DNA of 56,703 nt. Origin: Acidimicrobiales bacterium (lineage in GTDB: Bacteria > Actinomycetota > Acidimicrobiia > Acidimicrobiales > CADCTF01). This document shows positions 18,329-28,035 of the stretch, piece after piece. The DNA lies in the NCBI GenBank assembly GCA_036380695.1, contig DASVEG010000023.1:1-56703 (forward strand), read 5' to 3'. Within the stretch, counting starts at the first letter, position 1. Each line of letters opens with the position of its first letter. The notes beneath the pieces are model-generated. The model was not told the origin of the DNA, made no database searches, and worked only from the letters and a program-made list of their open reading frames with translations. Both the position numbers and the translations under genes were made by a program.

Positions 18329-18388
18329 GTGACAAGGCTAGGACTGGCCGCGGGGCTGAGCTCATCGTCCGCCGCGAAGACGATCTGG

Positions 18389-18556
18389 TCAGATGCCGAG
18401 TATGGGAACCGGTTGCCAGCTGCGCTCTCGCACGTCCTTCAGGCCCTGGAACACGCCGCAGTCGACGAGCACGCGCGCCGGCCGGCATGCTCGGCGAGGA
18501 ACCGGGAGCCGGTGACGGTGCCGGCCGCGCCGTGGAACGTGACGGTGAGCGCGTCG
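18389..18556 (-). pseudogene. MBL-fold (beta-CASP-type) hydrolase N-terminal remnant
   Basis: Reads [25 protein letters not shown], then after a frame switch [27 protein letters not shown]-stop. Only about 55 codons remain. Confidence 0.5.
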
Positions 18557-18562
18557 CTGCGG

Positions 18563-18835
18563 TCACCGCCGTACGGGGCGCTCGACGGCTTCGTGGAGCT
18601 TGCGGTCACGTTCGTCTCCGTTCTCCATCGCCGCGTCGACGACGCATGGTGCAGGTGCTCGTCGACCAGCCCGAGCGCAACGGCGTCGAGGGCGGCGTTG
18701 ACCGAGCTGATCTGGAGTGAGCACCTCGATGCAGTACCGGTCGTCGTCGATCATTCGTTGGAGCCCGCGGACCTGACCCTCGATGCGGCGCAACCTGTTG
18801 GCGTACGAGTCCTTGTTGATCGTGTAGCCGCGCAT
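18563..18835 (-). CDS. csoR: CsoR/RcnR-family metal-sensing repressor with an internal out-of-frame window (possible pseudogene or assembly indels)
   Basis: [39 protein letters not shown]...[12 protein letters not shown]. The expected [26 protein letters not shown] is readable only in the +1 frame, between about 18650 and 18715. Confidence 0.7.
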   Translation of the reverse strand: MRGYTINKDSYANRLRRIEGQVRGLQRMIDDDRYCIEVLTPDQLGQRRPRRRCARAGRRAPAPCVVDAAMENGDERDRKLHEAVERPVRR

Positions 18836-18836
18836 C

Positions 18837-19283
18837 TCACTGGTCCCCGAGGTCCCACGTGACTCGGACAAGCTCGGGCAGGCCGGCGATGGTCAGCTCG
18901 GCGGTGCCGGTGCTGTCGCCGGTCGCGGTGAACCGGAGTGTTCCTTCGCGGTGGTGGCCGCTGGGTCCCGTGCCGTCCCAGACCGGAGCGGTCCACGGCG
19001 TGCCGTCGACGACGAGCCGTGCACTCGCGGCGACGTCGAGGTCGAGCTCGACGGAGTGGGTGTCGAACACGACGTCGAACTTCGCGCCGTCGGCGCCGAT
19101 CCGTTACGGTGTGACTTCGACCGTGACCTCACCTGCCTCCACGGTGCGCGATGCGAGTTCACGGCTTCCGCTGGTGTTGCTCGCGGGCCTTGCGGTGTCG
19201 TCGCCGTCGCCGGTGCACGCGCCGAGGAGCGCGGCACCGGTCACGAATGCGGCGACGAGGAACAGCCGGCTTACGCGGCGCAT
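18837..19283 (-). pseudogene. lipoprotein interrupted by an in-frame TAA
   Basis: MRRVSRLFLVAAFVTGAALLGAC lipobox, then ...EVTVEVTP-TAA(19104-19106)-RIGADGAKFDVVFDTHSVELDL...GPSGHHREGTLRF continues in the same frame. Confidence 0.6.
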
Positions 19284-19729
19284 GCGGTCATCTCCCCTTG
19301 GCGGTCGTGGGTGTTCAACTGGTGGAGCCGGCGAGCGGCGATGGAGATCGCGACCGCGTTGATCGCGATGCCGGCGAGCATGAACGGCACGCGCCAATCG
19401 AACAGGAATGCGGCGAGGCCGGTGGCACCGAGCAGTGGCACGAGCTCGGCGACGTGGTGAGCGCAGCAGGCGACCATGCCGACCGCCGACGCGCTCGTCC
19501 CAGTGCCCGTCGTCGCGCCGAGGTGGTGTGCCCGGTGCCTGCGGCGCAGCTCGACCATGAGCGCGACCTGCGTGCCGAACCCCGCCACGATCGGTACGAG
19601 CAGCCACCAGTCCTGCCGGGTCTGATCGCGCAGGTGCTGCCAGTCGGCCGACAGGGTGAGCACGCCGACGTAGAAGGCCGCGATACCCGCGCCGGCCACG
19701 AGGCCCCAGCGCAGGGAACGCCCGGTCAT
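19271..19729 (-). CDS. membrane protein with CCAHH motif (putative metal-binding or transport)
   Basis: 4-5 TM helices and GMVACCAHHVAEL. ATGA overlap with the upstream DUF2933-like gene. Confidence 0.7.
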   Translation of the reverse strand: MTGRSLRWGLVAGAGIAAFYVGVLTLSADWQHLRDQTRQDWWLLVPIVAGFGTQVALMVELRRRHRAHHLGATTGTGTSASAVGMVACCAHHVAELVPLLGATGLAAFLFDWRVPFMLAGIAINAVAISIAARRLHQLNTHDRQGEMTACAA

Positions 19730-19971
19730 CGCGCCCGCTCCGCAGGCCCGGTTGCTTCCCTGCCGTTCGCGCTCTGGTCGGGATGGTCGCGACCGGCTCG
19801 GCCCTGGCCGTGGCCGCTCATCATCCCGCGCATCATGAGCACCATCATCAGCGGGCAGGCGAGCACGACGGCGAGGTAGCCGAGCGCGCCGGCCTCGACG
19901 CCGAAGGCGACGAGCAATGCGGCCGCCGCGACGACGCCGACCAGGCAGTGCGTGAGGTGGTTGCGCACCAT
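19726..19971 (-). CDS. DUF2933-like small membrane protein
   Basis: HLTHCLVG...LACPLMMVLMMRGMM Cys/Met/His-rich motif. First gene of the operon that ends in csoR. Confidence 0.75.
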   Translation of the reverse strand: MVRNHLTHCLVGVVAAAALLVAFGVEAGALGYLAVVLACPLMMVLMMRGMMSGHGQGRAGRDHPDQSANGREATGPAERAR

Positions 19972-20024
19972 GGGCCTCTCCTTGGTCCTGGCCGCATCGT
20001 GTGCTCGGACGCGCAGGTGCGGTA

Positions 20025-20038
20025 GGGCCGTTGGTCCC
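20025..20038 (-). promoter_or_regulatory. DosR-box-like motif
   Basis: GGGCCGTTGGTCCC (reverse complement GGGACCAACGGCCC), 53 nt upstream of start 19971. Same 14-mer as at 22770. Confidence 0.6.
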
Positions 20039-20040
20039 TG

Positions 20041-20054
20041 CCCCTAGGGGGTAT
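20041..20054. promoter_or_regulatory. CsoR-type operator-like palindrome
   Basis: CCCCTAGGGGGTAT, similar to TACCCCAGGGGGTA at 31724. Upstream of the operon that ends in csoR. Confidence 0.45.
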
Positions 20055-20122
20055 TTCGCGGCGCACGGTGCCGGTATGACCAGGGCGCGAGCCGTGCCCG
20101 GCTCATCGCAGCCGGGCGACCG

Positions 20123-21577
20123 TCAGCCCCCAGTCGCCTCTGGGGCCGCCACTTCGAGCGCGGCCTTCACCACGTCGTCGATCGACATCGTCGAGTCGAG
20201 TGCGACCGACGAGGGCCACGGGTGGGCGTCGGCCGCCATCGCTGCCGCGATCGCCGGTGTCGCGTCGGACGGGTCGACGCCCGCGCGCCGGCGCGACTGG
20301 ATCCTCTGCGCGGCGACGCGAGCAGGAGCGACGCAGCGGAGCTCCACGAGGTCGGCGAACGCCTCGTTCGCTATCTCGTGGGCAGCGGCGCGATGGCGTT
20401 CGGCGGTCCAGCTCGCGTCGAGCACGACGCTCTCGCCCAGGCCCGCCAGCGTCTGAGCGGTGGCGAGCACGTCGGCATAGGTGCCCTCGGTCTGCGCGGG
20501 CCCGTAGGGGCCCTGCCGATATCCCGTGGGCGCCCGCGAAGCGGAGCCGTACCGCTCCTTCCGCACGATGTCAGACCGGATGAGCGTCCAACCCGTGCGG
20601 CTGGCGAGCTCGGCGGCGAGGGTGGACTTACCGGTACCCGGCAACCCACCGACGAGGACGATGCGCACCGCTCCGCGGCGCAGGCGGTCGAGAGCCAAGT
20701 CGAGGAGTGAACGCGCGTCCTGCGCGGTGTCGCCGCCTTGGTCGCTTCGCAGGCAGGCGACCTTGGCGCGCACCTGCGCTCGATACGCCACGTAGTGATG
20801 GGCCAGCGAAGACGGCCACGCGTCGCCGCGCGCGTCGGCGTAGCAGCACAGGAACAACTCGGCGAGATCTGGTCGCCCAAGTCGCTCGAGGTCCATGGCG
20901 AGGAACGCGGCGTCTGCGAGCCCGTCGCCCCAGCGGAGCCGGTCGTCGAACTCCAAGCAATCGAGGATGCGCGGCCCGTCGTCGAGGCAGAAGATGTCGT
21001 CGGCGAGCATGTCGCCGTGCCCGTCGACGGCCCGCGCTCCGGCGACGCGTGACGTGAAGAGTGGTCCCCGTCCGGCGACGTACCGCGCCGCCAGGGCATC
21101 GACCTCGTTGATCAATGCGCCGTCGACGAGGTGGCCCGCGAACGGTCGGAGTTGCGACGTGTTGGCGACCCACCTCGCGGCTGTCGCTTGCTGCGACGCC
21201 TCCTCGTCGATGGCCGCGCCGGGAGCGGACGACGCGTGCAAGGCCGCTATCCGCCGGGCGACCGCGACGAGTTGTCGCCGCAGTTCGGCGTCGGTCGCGC
21301 TGCCCGCGACCAGCGACGCCAAGCGCCGATCGTCGGGCATCCGCCGCATCACCACCAGGTGGTCGCACACCTTCCCGTCCGGCCCGGTGATCGTGGCGAC
21401 GCCCTCGTAGACGTCTGCGGCGAGTCGGCGGTTCAGCTCCACCTCGCGGCGGCAGTCCGCCGCTCGCGCGTCGACGGTCGAGAAGTCGAGGAACGCCGTG
21501 CGGACCGGCTTCTTGAGCTTGTACGCATGGTCTCCGACGAGGAACACCCACGAGATGTGCGTCTCGGCGACATGCAC
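20123..21577 (-). CDS. bifunctional aminoglycoside-phosphotransferase-like / P-loop kinase protein (Rv2004c-like)
   Basis: N-terminal ETHISWVFLVGDHAYKLKKPV and DCLEFDDRLRWGD kinase-like motifs. C-terminal Walker A VGGLPGTGKSTLA. Confidence 0.85.
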   Translation of the reverse strand: MHVAETHISWVFLVGDHAYKLKKPVRTAFLDFSTVDARAADCRREVELNRRLAADVYEGVATITGPDGKVCDHLVVMRRMPDDRRLASLVAGSATDAELRRQLVAVARRIAALHASSAPGAAIDEEASQQATAARWVANTSQLRPFAGHLVDGALINEVDALAARYVAGRGPLFTSRVAGARAVDGHGDMLADDIFCLDDGPRILDCLEFDDRLRWGDGLADAAFLAMDLERLGRPDLAELFLCCYADARGDAWPSSLAHHYVAYRAQVRAKVACLRSDQGGDTAQDARSLLDLALDRLRRGAVRIVLVGGLPGTGKSTLAAELASRTGWTLIRSDIVRKERYGSASRAPTGYRQGPYGPAQTEGTYADVLATAQTLAGLGESVVLDASWTAERHRAAAHEIANEAFADLVELRCVAPARVAAQRIQSRRRAGVDPSDATPAIAAAMAADAHPWPSSVALDSTMSIDDVVKAALEVAAPEATGG

Positions 21578-21589
21578 GTGGCAAGTACC

Positions 21590-22039
21590 TCAGGAGCGGA
21601 GGCCGAGGATCGGCAGTCGCACGGCCACCTCGCCGTCGCTGAACGCCGCGGCGGGCGCCCCGTGATCTGCCACCAGTGTCAGGTCGACGACCGTGTCGAG
21701 CTGCGCCCAGTCCTGCAGGTCCTTGATCATCGACGACGTGTCGCAGGGGTCACTCGTCTTGAGGACGAGGGTCACGGGCGTGCCCGGCGACCCGAGGGCG
21801 GCTCCGCGGTCGACGATCGCGTCCACGACGACACCACCGTCCATCACGGCGACCATCACCAATCGCAGCGCGGAGCCTGGTCGTGCAACCGGCCGTGGTG
21901 GGGCAGGGGTTGGCTCGGGAGGCGACGCCCGGCGCGACGCCTCGGGCGTCACACCGGGCGCCGCGATTGCCTGCGCGGCGAGCAGCACGACGGCCGCCGC
22001 AGCGGCGGCAAGGAGCGGGAACGCGAGCCAGAGGCTCAC
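21590..22039 (-). CDS. membrane-anchored hypothetical protein with a small conserved C-terminal domain
   Basis: GTG 22039 is preceded by GGAAGGGA. TM segment is VSLWLAFPLLAAAAAAVVLLAA. The C-terminal domain is paralogous to 23722-24033. The alternative start at 22108 is less likely. Confidence 0.55.
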   Translation of the reverse strand: MSLWLAFPLLAAAAAAVVLLAAQAIAAPGVTPEASRRASPPEPTPAPPRPVARPGSALRLVMVAVMDGGVVVDAIVDRGAALGSPGTPVTLVLKTSDPCDTSSMIKDLQDWAQLDTVVDLTLVADHGAPAAAFSDGEVAVRLPILGLRS

Positions 22040-22233
22040 GGCCTGCGTCCCTTCCGGTACCGGCGGTGCCGGCGATCCCACCCGCGGGAGGACATGACCT
22101 CGTCCCACGTCAACGCGGTCTCGTCCTGGAGGTAGACGCGGGCCGTCGCGGCGATGTCGCTCCTCGAGGTGTGGGAACGACGATCGGCATCGTGGCCGCG
22201 ATGGAGGCTTTCAGTGCGCATGACCGTGCTCCT

Positions 22234-22734
22234 TCATGAAGCGCGACGCGGTGTGTGCATCGCGTGTTCGACTTCGGCGAACAGTTCGCGGGCCGACTCG
22301 TCCGACAGGTAGCCGTCGAGCAACGGCAGGTAGACCTCGTCTTCCTTGTCGAGGTGCAGGGACACCACCGCGTACAGCGAGTACAGGACGCGACGAAGGT
22401 CGCGGCGCACGCGCTTGGTGGCATTGGCCCGGAACCGCTGCGAGAGGTGCCGCAGCTGGCCGACCAAGCGGGCGATCTCGAGATGGTCCCGGCTCATCGT
22501 CGCGGTCGCCTGGCTCGCGCCCATCGCCAGGGCGACGGCCGGATAGAGAACGCCGTCCTCGGCGAGGGCGTGCGGCAGGAGCCCGTCCTCGAGGAACGCC
22601 AGCGCACTGCGGAGCTCGCGCGACGCCTCCGCGGCAGGCATCTCGTCGACGTTGTCGGCCAGAACCCGAAGGGTCGAGAGCCGTGCCCGAATCTGTCGAT
22701 GCTCCTGTCGAAGCGGATCAGTCGGGTTCGTCAT
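22234..22734 (-). CDS. hemerythrin-domain protein
   Basis: LRQEHRQIR...HALAEDGVLYP...SRDHLEI...HLDKEDEVYLPLLD His/Glu/Asp pattern. ATG 22734 lies 35 nt from a box. Confidence 0.8.
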   Translation of the reverse strand: MTNPTDPLRQEHRQIRARLSTLRVLADNVDEMPAAEASRELRSALAFLEDGLLPHALAEDGVLYPAVALAMGASQATATMSRDHLEIARLVGQLRHLSQRFRANATKRVRRDLRRVLYSLYAVVSLHLDKEDEVYLPLLDGYLSDESARELFAEVEHAMHTPRRAS

Positions 22735-22769
22735 GAGCCCACCGTGGTCTCGCGGATCGTGCCCCAGCA

Positions 22770-22783
22770 GGGCCGTTGGTCCC
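22770..22783 (-). promoter_or_regulatory. DosR-box-like motif in a divergent promoter region
   Basis: GGGCCGTTGGTCCC. 35 nt to ATG 22734 on the minus strand, 75 nt to ATG 22859 on the plus strand. Confidence 0.65.
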
Positions 22784-22858
22784 GACTTCGGGCGGAACAG
22801 GTCCCGGTCGGGACCATCGGCACTACCGCCGGAGTCGACGTCGGCCGACCATTCACTC

Positions 22859-23710
22859 ATGCACGCGTCGCTGAGTGCGGTGGCACCGTCGGGTCAGGGC
22901 GCGGTCGACTTCCAGGAGGCGCTGATGCGAGCGCCTGTCGCGATCCTCGCAACGGGCCCGGACGGTCGCGTCGCGTTCGTGAACGACGAGTTGGTGCGAC
23001 TTACCGGTTGGGCGCGGGAAGCGATCATTGGGCGGCGCGCCGAAGACGTGGTGCCAGGGCCGACGGCTTGGCGGCGCGCCGACGGGGCGGTCTTTCCGGC
23101 CACCATCCGTAGATCAGCCGTCCTCCTCGATGCGGGCGGGTGGACCGTGTGGTCGATCGTGGACGACACCGAACGGGAGCGGACCGAAGCAGATCTGTTC
23201 TTCCGTGCGACGCACGACCCGCTGACGGGACTCGCCAACCGGTCGTTGCTGATGGATCGCGTCCGGCAAGCGATCGGCCGGCTCGAGCGCCAGGGCCCAC
23301 CTCTTGCCGTGCTGTTCGTCGACCTCGACCGTTTCAAGGAGGTCAACGACACGCGCGGGCACCATGCCGGCGACGGCATGCTGCGGGCCGTCGCATCCGC
23401 CATCGCGGAAGCGGTCCGGCCGTCCGACACCGTCGCTCGCGTCGGCGGCGACGAGTTCGTCGTCGTGTGTGAAGGCGTCTCGGGATCTGCGGCCGCGCTC
23501 GAGCTCGCCGAGCGCGTGCGGGAGTCCGTGAACGATGCAACAGCAGACGCGTTGGGAAGCGGCGCAGGGTTGTCCGTGACGGCGAGCGTCGGCGTCGCTC
23601 TCGCCGCTGGCGAGGCGCCGCCTGGGTGGCTCGTGGACGTGGCCGACCACGCCATGTACGACGCGAAGCGCGCCGGCGGCGACCGCGTCGTGGTTACGAC
23701 GTGGCCGTAG
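22859..23710 (+). CDS. PAS-GGDEF diguanylate cyclase
   Basis: PAS-like APVAILATGPDGRVAFVNDELVRLTGW. Also DPLTGLANR, RVGGDEFVV and an intact GGDEF. Confidence 0.85.
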   Translation: MHASLSAVAPSGQGAVDFQEALMRAPVAILATGPDGRVAFVNDELVRLTGWAREAIIGRRAEDVVPGPTAWRRADGAVFPATIRRSAVLLDAGGWTVWSIVDDTERERTEADLFFRATHDPLTGLANRSLLMDRVRQAIGRLERQGPPLAVLFVDLDRFKEVNDTRGHHAGDGMLRAVASAIAEAVRPSDTVARVGGDEFVVVCEGVSGSAAALELAERVRESVNDATADALGSGAGLSVTASVGVALAAGEAPPGWLVDVADHAMYDAKRAGGDRVVVTTWP

Positions 23711-23721
23711 TTGCCGAGACG

Positions 23722-24033
23722 TCAGTCGACCCGCACGAGATGGGAAGACACCGAGACGCCCGCCGAGTCCAACCGCACGACGGCATGTGACGGCCAGCGC
23801 ACGACGCGCACCGTCACGAAGGGGTCCTCGCGTGCCCAGTCCTCGAGCAACTGCTCGATCGCGGCCCGGGACCAACCGGTCTCGGTTCTCTCGACCTCGA
23901 TGCTCACGGGCACGCCGACCTCGGCCAGCCCGCGGTCGCCGTGCACGATGGCGTCGAGCGTCCACGTCGAGTCCGTCGCGGCGAAGCAGACGAGCCGAAC
24001 GCTGCCCACGAGCGTCGTACGAGCCGCTCCCAT
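23722..24033 (-). CDS. hypothetical small protein (paralogue of the 21590-22039 C-terminal domain)
   Basis: VRLVCFAATDSTWTLDAIVHGD...IEQLLEDWA aligns with LRLVMVAVMDGGVVVDAIVDRG...IKDLQDWA. Confidence 0.55.
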   Translation of the reverse strand: MGAARTTLVGSVRLVCFAATDSTWTLDAIVHGDRGLAEVGVPVSIEVERTETGWSRAAIEQLLEDWAREDPFVTVRVVRWPSHAVVRLDSAGVSVSSHLVRVD

Positions 24034-24114
24034 GTGTCGAGCGTGCCGGTGGCTGCGGTGATGGGCGCAGGGTCGGACGACCCTTCCGGCGACGGGCGGC
24101 GACGTCCCATGCGC

Positions 24115-24161
24115 TTCTGGGTGCAGAAACCTGCGCTATCCGCAAGTTTCTGCACCCAGAA
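24115..24161. repeat. perfect 16-bp inverted repeat with a 15-nt spacer
   Basis: ttctgggtgcagaaac-N15-gtttctgcacccagaa, in the divergent intergenic region between 24033 (minus) and 24257 (plus). Locally AT-richer. Confidence 0.8.
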
Positions 24162-24207
24162 CGACGACACGGACGACGCGAACGACGCGACGCACGCCCG
24201 CAAGGGA

Positions 24208-24221
24208 AGGACATTCGACCC
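24208..24221 (+). promoter_or_regulatory. degenerate DosR-box-like motif
   Basis: AGGACATTCGACCC, exactly 35 nt before GTG 24257. Confidence 0.45.
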
Positions 24222-24256
24222 TGTTAGGCGAGCCACCCCGTCCACACCATCAGGTC

Positions 24257-26340
<2,084 letters not shown>

Positions 26341-26379
26341 TCACGCAGGTTCGGCGACTCGGTGGGGCACACTCTGTCC

Positions 26380-27027
26380 ATGACGACGCGGGTGTTCCTG
26401 CTCGACGACCACGAGGTCGTGCGGCGCGGCCTGAGGGAGCTCCTCGAGGGTGACAGCGACATCGAGGTCGTCGGCGAGGCGGGCACCGCCGAGGAGGCGT
26501 TGACCCGCATCCCGCCGACCCGCCCCGACGTTGCCGTGCTCGATGTCCAGCTCCCGGACGGCAATGGGGTCGAGGTGTGCCGCGAGATCCGGTCGAGGCA
26601 CCCGGAGATCTCCTGTCTCATGCTCACGTCGTTCTCCGACGACGAGGCGCTGTTCAGCGCCATCATCGCCGGCGCCTCCGCGTACGTCCTCAAGCAGATT
26701 CGAGGCGACGAGCTGGTCAACGCGATCCGCAGGGTTGCCGCCGGGGATTCGCTGCTCGACCCGGGCGTAACGGCCAAAGTGCTCGATCGGCTCCGCGCCA
26801 AGCCCGCCGACGACGAGCTCGCGGCACTGACGGAGCAAGAGCGGCGCATCCTCGACTACATCTCGGAAGGCCTCACGAACCGGCAGATCGGGGAGGAGAT
26901 GTACCTCGCCGAGAAGACGGTGAAGAACTACGTGTCGAACATCCTGGGCAAGTTGGGCATGAGCCGCCGGACCGAGGCGGCCGCGTACGCGGCCCGGCTC
27001 GAGGAACGCCGCCAGCACAACCCGTAG
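26380..27027 (+). CDS. DevR/DosR-like LuxR/NarL-family response regulator
   Basis: MTTRVFLLDDHEVVRRG...VAVLDVQLPDGNG receiver domain. C-terminal LTEQERRILDYISEGLTNRQIGEEMYLAEKTVKNYVSNIL HTH. Confidence 0.9.
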   Translation: MTTRVFLLDDHEVVRRGLRELLEGDSDIEVVGEAGTAEEALTRIPPTRPDVAVLDVQLPDGNGVEVCREIRSRHPEISCLMLTSFSDDEALFSAIIAGASAYVLKQIRGDELVNAIRRVAAGDSLLDPGVTAKVLDRLRAKPADDELAALTEQERRILDYISEGLTNRQIGEEMYLAEKTVKNYVSNILGKLGMSRRTEAAAYAARLEERRQHNP

Positions 27028-27034
27028 TGCTGCT

Positions 27035-27048
27035 GTGACCTTCGGCCG
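27035..27048 (+). promoter_or_regulatory. degenerate DosR-box-like motif
   Basis: GTGACCTTCGGCCG, exactly 35 nt before GTG 27084. Confidence 0.4.
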
Positions 27049-27083
27049 TAGCCGGCGGCGGCACGGTCGCTCACGCTCGGCGC

Positions 27084-27992
27084 GTGAGACGGTGGTCGAC
27101 GATCGTGCTCTGGGCCGTGATCGTCGCGCTGCTCGTTGCGGGCGCGACGAGCGCCACCTACCCGCGGCAGGTTCGGGCGTACCTGACCCACTGGAAGGGG
27201 AGCCCGGGGTCGACGACTGCCTACATCCCCGCAGCCATCGAGCCGGGCCTGGTTCGCATAGCGGTCGCCGGTGACGTCGGCGACAGCGGAACGCGGCTGG
27301 CGCGTACTGCCGCTGCGATCAGCCGCGCCGCAGGGCCCTACGGCTACGACGGCCTGCTCCTCCTCGGCGACAACGTGTACCCGAGCGGAGATCCGCAACT
27401 CCTCCGCGAGACGGTGCTCGACCCATTCGCCGCGCTCCTCGCGAGTGGCACGGAGCTGATGGCGATCGTCGGCAACCACGACGTCAGGCGTGGCAATGGT
27501 CCTCGACAGATGGCGGCCCTGGGGATGGACGGCCTGTGGTGGTCGACCGAGATCGGCGACGTGCTCTTCGTCGGTCTCGACTCGAACCAGCCCGACAACG
27601 CCGAGCAGCGCCGCTGGTTGCAGCGCACGCTCGACGACACGACCGCGAGGTGGAAGATCGTGAGCCTCCACCACCCTCCCTACTCGGCGGGCTACCAGGG
27701 GTCGAGCGTCGACGTCCGTGACGCGTTCGCCACTACCTTCGAGCGGTTCGGGGTGCAGCTCGTCCTGTCCGGACACGACCACGACTACCAGCGGAGTGTC
27801 CCGATCCGTGGGACCACCTACGTCGTGAGCGGTGCGGCGGCGGGGTCGCGGCGGACGAGCGAGCGCGACTTCACCGCGGCGTCGTTCTCGTGGCACCACT
27901 TCCTCGAGCTCGACATCTACGCGGATCGACTGATCGGGCGGGCGGTGAACCAGTCGGGCCGCGTTGCCGACGTTTGGACGTTGAGCCACTGA
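27084..27992 (+). CDS. membrane-anchored metallophosphoesterase
   Basis: N-terminal TM segment, then GDVGDSG, LLLGDNVY, GNHD, HHPPYS and GHDHDYQR motifs. Confidence 0.85.
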   Translation: MRRWSTIVLWAVIVALLVAGATSATYPRQVRAYLTHWKGSPGSTTAYIPAAIEPGLVRIAVAGDVGDSGTRLARTAAAISRAAGPYGYDGLLLLGDNVYPSGDPQLLRETVLDPFAALLASGTELMAIVGNHDVRRGNGPRQMAALGMDGLWWSTEIGDVLFVGLDSNQPDNAEQRRWLQRTLDDTTARWKIVSLHHPPYSAGYQGSSVDVRDAFATTFERFGVQLVLSGHDHDYQRSVPIRGTTYVVSGAAAGSRRTSERDFTAASFSWHHFLELDIYADRLIGRAVNQSGRVADVWTLSH

Positions 27993-28035
27993 TGGCGCCG
28001 CCGGGTGCCGCGTACGGATCGGGATGGAGTGCGTG

